A stretch of DNA of 64,000 bases, from assembly GCA_965223795.1 (NCBI GenBank), contig CBDCXL010000002.1, positions 2,816,001-2,880,000 of the forward strand, written 5' to 3'. Source of the DNA: Nitrospinales bacterium. GTDB taxonomy: Bacteria > Nitrospinota > Nitrospinia > Nitrospinales > VA-1. Positions 59,414 through 64,000 of the stretch are shown here, in pieces (the stretch's first letter is position 1; each line of letters starts with the position of its first letter). The translations under genes and the position numbers were made by a program. Below the pieces are notes generated by a model. It saw only the letters and a program-made list of their open reading frames with translations, was not told the origin of the DNA and ran no database searches.

Positions 59414-59599
59414 GCTTCGCAATCGCACACGCACATTGAGACACCCGCTGCAGCCGGATTCGCGTTTGACCGGCGTTTCGCGGGTGCGCTATCCTTTTAT
59501 GAGGGGCCGGTGCCGGACCGGTTCTCACCCGGTTTTAGACGGTACGGGCTCAAGCCGTTTTAAAACGGAAATTTCCCTGAATTGAGATAAGGTTCGCCG

Positions 59600-60265
59600 A
59601 TGGCTTCTTTCGGATTGCTGAGCGAAAAAAGCAAGGCGCTGTTTTCCAACCTGGTCGCGCCCATGAGTGGCACGCTGAACCGGATGGGCGTGGGTGCCAA
59701 CGCGTTGTCGCTTTCCGGGCTTCTGCTCAGCGCCGGAGCGGGCTGGGTTTACGGCCTGGGTTCGTTTTTCTGGGCCAGCTGGCTGGTGGTGCTCGCGGGG
59801 ATTTGCGACATTCTCGACGGCCAGGTGGCGCGTCGCAACGGCACGACCTCTCCCTATGGAGCGTTTTTAGACAGCACCTTTGACCGCATCAGCGAACTGT
59901 TTATCTTTCTGGGACTGGCCTGGTATTTTGCGCAGGTGCAGGGATGGGCGCCGCCGGCGGTGTCCGCGCTCGGGCTCAATCTCAAGGCCTGGGCGGTGGT
60001 CCTCATCCTGTGGGCGCTCGCCAGTTCCTATCTGGTCAGCTACACCCGTGCCCGCGCCGAAGGGCTGGGCGTCGAGTGCAAAGTGGGTGCATTGCAGCGG
60101 CCGGAGCGCATCGTGTTATTGATCCTGGGCTCATGGCTCGCCTGCATTCCCGATGTCGGCCCGTTCATGATGCTGGCCTGCATTTTTCTCATCGCCGCGT
60201 TGAGCACCTTCACGGTGGTTCAAAGAATGGTTCATGTCAAGCGGCGGTTGACCCCCAAGCCCTGA
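59600..60265 (+). CDS. CDP-alcohol phosphatidyltransferase, phosphatidylinositol(-phosphate) synthase-like
   Basis: DILDGQVAR..GAFLDSTFD signature; SYTRARAEG...RPER. Confidence 0.88.
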   Translation: MASFGLLSEKSKALFSNLVAPMSGTLNRMGVGANALSLSGLLLSAGAGWVYGLGSFFWASWLVVLAGICDILDGQVARRNGTTSPYGAFLDSTFDRISELFIFLGLAWYFAQVQGWAPPAVSALGLNLKAWAVVLILWALASSYLVSYTRARAEGLGVECKVGALQRPERIVLLILGSWLACIPDVGPFMMLACIFLIAALSTFTVVQRMVHVKRRLTPKP

Positions 60266-61744
60266 ACCGCGGGCTTTCTCCCACAACGACGGCAGTTTTC
60301 CCACCAGCAGGATCACAACCCCGATCAAAAGCGCGTTTCTCGCGTTGAGCAGCAGGATCATCGGTGGCTTGAACTGCTGCAGAAACACGTAGAGATGGGG
60401 AAAGATCGCCTGGGTCATCGCGGTTGCCGCGAGCAACAGCCAGCCGGTCCGCTCCAGTTGCGGGTGCACCGCCACCAGCGCCGCCATCAGCGGCCCCACC
60501 CAGAGCAGGTATTGCGGCGAAAACACCTTGTTGGTCAAGATGAACAGCAGGAGAAAAATCAGGCTGAGGGCGTAGACGGGAACGACGAGATCCGCATCCG
60601 CACGGCCCGCCCTGCGCCAGACAGGGCCGATTCGATACACCCGCCAGGCGATCCACGCCGACGCCGCGAAAAACAGCGGCAACGGAAGCTGTCTGAACAG
60701 CTCCGAGTGCGCGAACTTCAGATTGCTGGAACTGAACGTGAACACTTCCGTCACTGCGTAGCCGGTCCACCAGTGGGCGAGCAGGATGAGACCGGCGTAC
60801 AGCGATTCGAGCTGAATGCCGCGCCGCATGTGGTAGGCGAAGCTTTCCCAGTAGCCGTCTCCCCAAAGCCACCAGAATCCCAGGTTCAATATCAGCAGGC
60901 CGGCTGTCAGTCCTGCAACCGAGGCGCTGGCGGCGCGCCAGTCCGGTTTCCTGAGCAGCAGCAATGCCAAAAGCGCGGCCGGGATCACGACGCCGGGCAC
61001 GATTTTGGTCAACACGCCCAGCGAAGCCACCGCACCGAATGCCGCGTACAAAAGCAGCGCTGGGTTCCCTGTGCTGCGCGTTGCCGCGCGGAAGATCACA
61101 AGCGAAAGCAGGACCGCCGTGACGACGGCGTGGTCGAAGCGGGTGACGGCGATGCAGCCGAAGCACAACAGAAATGCCAGCGAGCCCCAGAGCGTGCGGC
61201 GGATTTCGGCCGGTGTGGGGCGGCCTTTGCACAAAAGCTGCAGCGCGAGATAAAGATTCAGTCCGTACAGCAGCCCCAGCCAGGCGGCCAGCCAGAACCG
61301 GTATTCGCGAAAATCTTCCGAGATCAGCAGGGGCGGCACGATCACCAGGAACGCACCCGGCTGGTATTCGACCGGCACGTCGCGGTAGGGTTGCGGGCGG
61401 GCGGTGTCGAGAGTTCTGCCTTCGTTCCAGATCCAGTGCGCGGCTTCTCCGCGCAGCAGGAGCTTCGCGTAGCGGTAATACAGGCGGGCTTCGTGGTGAT
61501 GGTGAAAGAAAAACTTGATGAGCCCGATGTGCCCGTGTTCCTCGATGATGAAATCGTAGGTCTTGAGATAGCCTTCCATCGACTGGCTTTCGAGGCTGGC
61601 GTCGATGGACTGCATTTCCTCGATCGTGAATCCGAGCTGAAATAGCCACAGAAACACGAGGGCGTGGAGAAAGCAGGCGAATTTTGAGGATTTCAATGCG
61701 CCACGGATGCGGGCCGGTCTTGCGATTTGTGCCGCGGGGTCCAA
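60131..61744 (-). CDS. GT87-like polyprenol-phosphate-sugar-dependent (GT-C) glycosyltransferase
   Basis: Multi-TM; PYRDVPVEYQP, RFD, KIVP, RGIQLES, NKVFSPQYLLW. Confidence 0.78.
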   Translation of the reverse strand: MDPAAQIARPARIRGALKSSKFACFLHALVFLWLFQLGFTIEEMQSIDASLESQSMEGYLKTYDFIIEEHGHIGLIKFFFHHHHEARLYYRYAKLLLRGEAAHWIWNEGRTLDTARPQPYRDVPVEYQPGAFLVIVPPLLISEDFREYRFWLAAWLGLLYGLNLYLALQLLCKGRPTPAEIRRTLWGSLAFLLCFGCIAVTRFDHAVVTAVLLSLVIFRAATRSTGNPALLLYAAFGAVASLGVLTKIVPGVVIPAALLALLLLRKPDWRAASASVAGLTAGLLILNLGFWWLWGDGYWESFAYHMRRGIQLESLYAGLILLAHWWTGYAVTEVFTFSSSNLKFAHSELFRQLPLPLFFAASAWIAWRVYRIGPVWRRAGRADADLVVPVYALSLIFLLLFILTNKVFSPQYLLWVGPLMAALVAVHPQLERTGWLLLAATAMTQAIFPHLYVFLQQFKPPMILLLNARNALLIGVVILLVGKLPSLWEKARGSGLGGQPPLDMNHSLNHREGAQRGDEKNAGQHHERADIGNAGEP

Positions 61745-61757
61745 TCGGTGGTTTCTT

Positions 61758-62588
61758 TTAATGGATGCCGCTTTTTTTGTCGCCCAGCGGACCGGTGTAG
61801 GAAGGACTGTAGGTTTTCAGATCGCCCAGCTTGTCGGGGTTGCGGTTTTCCCAGGCTTTGAAGAAGCGCGCGAAGCCGAGGGTCAGCACCCGCAGTGTGG
61901 CTTCGAGAACGATGGCGAGGGAGAATTTCGATTCGCCGTCGCGCCGCTCGGTGAAGATGATGGGGATCTCTCGGATGTCGAAACCGCTCTGGTGGGCGAA
62001 AAAGCTCACCTCGATCTGAAATCCGTAGCCGTCGCTTTTGACTTCGTCCCAGTTCAGCCGCTCGATGACGTTTTTGTGGATCGCCTTGAAACCTCCGGTC
62101 GGATCGGTGAGCGGCAGGCCGGTGATGAATCGGGTGTAGACGCCCGCGCCGACGCTCACCATCAGCCGCCGGAGCGGCCAGTTGATGACGCTGATGCCGC
62201 TTAAGTAGCGCGAGCCGAGCGCGATGTCCGCACCCTGTTCGATGACCTCTAAAAGCCGGGGGATGTCTTTGGGATCGTGGGACAGGTCGCTGTCCATCTC
62301 CAGGCACACGTCGTAGCCGTTCTCAAGCCCCCACTGAAACCCTTCCTTGTAGGCCGTCGCCAGCCCCATTTTTCTGGGGCGCAGTTTGAGAAAAATCCGT
62401 TTTTGAAATTCAGGGTGGGTCTTGACTTTATCAGCCGTTCCGTCGGGGGAGGAATCGTCCACCACCAGCACATCGAGAGGCCGGGGCAGTTGCAGAATGG
62501 CGTCCAGAACCAGAGGCAGGGAAACCGCTTCATTGTACGTGGGGAGGATCACCACCGCACGGTCTGTTTTACGCGGGGCAGGGTTCAT
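61758..62588 (-). CDS. Polyprenol monophosphomannose synthase (Ppm1/DPM1-like GT2)
   Basis: LPTYNE, VDDSSPDGT, GLATAY..GF, EMDSDLSHDP, GSRY, D.TGGFK, GYGFQIE, IPIIFTERR.G.SK. Confidence 0.9.
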   Translation of the reverse strand: MNPAPRKTDRAVVILPTYNEAVSLPLVLDAILQLPRPLDVLVVDDSSPDGTADKVKTHPEFQKRIFLKLRPRKMGLATAYKEGFQWGLENGYDVCLEMDSDLSHDPKDIPRLLEVIEQGADIALGSRYLSGISVINWPLRRLMVSVGAGVYTRFITGLPLTDPTGGFKAIHKNVIERLNWDEVKSDGYGFQIEVSFFAHQSGFDIREIPIIFTERRDGESKFSLAIVLEATLRVLTLGFARFFKAWENRNPDKLGDLKTYSPSYTGPLGDKKSGIH

Positions 62589-62727
62589 GCTTTGTCAGAA
62601 AGAGAGGGAGACATGCGCCACGGGTGAAGCAAAGGCTTTCATTATACTATCCGCCGGTAAAATGTCACCCAAAAAAGCGGACGGCAACTCTTTGATTTGC
62701 CTTGAGATGTTATGATCGCGCTGGCGT

Positions 62728-63702
62728 TTACGCGGCCTTGCGTTTCTGCACCCAGCGGTCCATCGCCCAGGCCACGGCCAGCGCGTACGCCGAGCCCCAG
62801 AGGATGTCGAGGATGTAATGGTGGTTGAGGTACACGGCGCCGAAGCAGATGAGCAGGTAGAAGGCCACGCAGAACACCCGCAGGGAGCGCAGCTTGAACG
62901 CGAAATACACCGAAAGCAGCGGAAACGCCACGTGCAGCGAGGGGATGGCGCCGAACACGTTGGGCGTGCGGGAATAAAATTCCGCGAACAGCGTGACGCC
63001 GAACAACGCGTCGAAGCGCGCGGCGCCGGCGGCGCTGGGCGGCGCGTCCAGCCGCACCGGATCGAGCAGGCCGTATTGATCGACGTACCAGGGCGGCGCG
63101 GCGGGATACCAGTAATAGGTGGAGCAGCACAAAAGATTGAGCCAGAACATGCCCCACATCAGCGCGTGCGTCTGTTTTTGCACTGCGTCGGCGCTCAGAA
63201 CGGAGGTGCCGCGTTCGCCCAGGCGGTAGCGGAAATACAGCGCCACCGCGAGAAACACCGGCACGAAGGTGATGTAGGACAGGCTGACGATGACATCGAG
63301 AACCGGGTGGGTGTGGTTTTGCCACCATTGGGTCGGCAACAGGCGGCCGGCATCGGTTTCGATGCCGAAATAGATCATGTCGAAGAGATAGGGCTCGGCG
63401 ACGCGCACCTTGCCGCGCAGGGCGTCGTCGTAATAACCCTGGCTGTCGTACAGGATGAGATAGAGCACGAAAGGCAGGAGCAGCAGATACAGACTGCGGG
63501 TGAAGGGGCCGCCGTAATACAGCAATACAAACAGCGCCGTCGCGAAATGGTCGATGCGCAGTCCGCCGAGCGCATAGTGCGCCGCCCAAAATGCCGCAAG
63601 CAGAGCGAGCGGCAGCCATTTCTGCACGGGGGAGCGGCTTTGCCACCACTTGAGCCAGGCGTCGGCCGTCGGGCGGGGCAGGGCGCGAACGTCGATGGGC
63701 AT
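62728..63702 (-). CDS. Aur1/Ipt1-like inositol phosphorylceramide synthase family (PAP2 superfamily) membrane protein
   Basis: YPAAPPWY, AAG.ARFD...G, FGAIPSLH, AVYLNHHYILD. Confidence 0.82.
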   Translation of the reverse strand: MPIDVRALPRPTADAWLKWWQSRSPVQKWLPLALLAAFWAAHYALGGLRIDHFATALFVLLYYGGPFTRSLYLLLLPFVLYLILYDSQGYYDDALRGKVRVAEPYLFDMIYFGIETDAGRLLPTQWWQNHTHPVLDVIVSLSYITFVPVFLAVALYFRYRLGERGTSVLSADAVQKQTHALMWGMFWLNLLCCSTYYWYPAAPPWYVDQYGLLDPVRLDAPPSAAGAARFDALFGVTLFAEFYSRTPNVFGAIPSLHVAFPLLSVYFAFKLRSLRVFCVAFYLLICFGAVYLNHHYILDILWGSAYALAVAWAMDRWVQKRKAA

Positions 63703-63824
63703 GGGTTGAGGATATAAGAGGTTAAGAAATCAATGAAGTCGGCCCCAACCGGGGCGAACGTCAGGGAATCTATAGAAAACGGCGGGGCAAGTCAAGCGCG
63801 CCCAGGGACAGCAAGGCCGCAGGA

Positions 63825-64000
63825 TCAACCGGTTCGGGTCAGCGTGTTCTTGTCGATGTGATGAAACAGCGCGTCCTGGCCCTTGATTTTCATCTGCGTG
63901 TCTTCTTCATAGCTGAACCGGGATGCGTCGTGGAGGGTGACGGTCAATTCGTAGCGGACGGTCTTGAACTCCTTATCCAGAAAGCGGTTGGAGCAGATGC
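63825..64000 (-). CDS. DUF1794/nitrobindin-like beta-barrel protein, 3' fragment
   Basis: Manual translation ICSNRFLDKEFKTVRYELTVTLHDASRFSYEEDTQMKIKGQDALFHHIDKNTLTRTG*. Confidence 0.65.
   Translation of the reverse strand, partial: ICSNRFLDKEFKTVRYELTVTLHDASRFSYEEDTQMKIKGQDALFHHIDKNTLTRTG

Overview
GC-rich bacterial chromosomal segment. The gene mix is reminiscent of Nitrospinota/deltaproteobacteria-like genomes, but this is an impression, not a database result. Most of it is housekeeping or accessory: gatB, era, map, hemW, mazG, thiO-bioA-queD, bcp, a heavy-metal-type two-component system and a K+/H+ antiporter. Three things stand out. (1) At 49.9-63.7 kb a single-module, fully reducing type I PKS without a thioesterase is clustered with a bCerS/YghO-like GNAT protein, a PI(P)-synthase-like CDP-alcohol phosphotransferase, an Aur1/Ipt1-like IPC synthase, a GT87 GT-C glycosyltransferase and a polyprenol-P-mannose synthase. 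Together these suggest a PKS-fed, eukaryote-like (mannosyl)-inositol-phosphorylceramide pathway. (2) Two AT-rich orphan genes (18.1-19.4 kb and 29.3-30.2 kb) are each bracketed by the same nested, inverted short repeat families between convergent genes. (3) An iron island (bfr, fur, 2Fe-2S protein, porin, FMN-binding protein) carries six Fur-box-like sites, an atypical bacterioferritin and a candidate structured RNA. Also seen: an aac(3)-I-like gene, two gene-3'-end duplications, three small membrane ORFs below the track's size cut-off and a probable ATC start codon. No tRNA, rRNA, CRISPR array, transposase or integrase was recognised.
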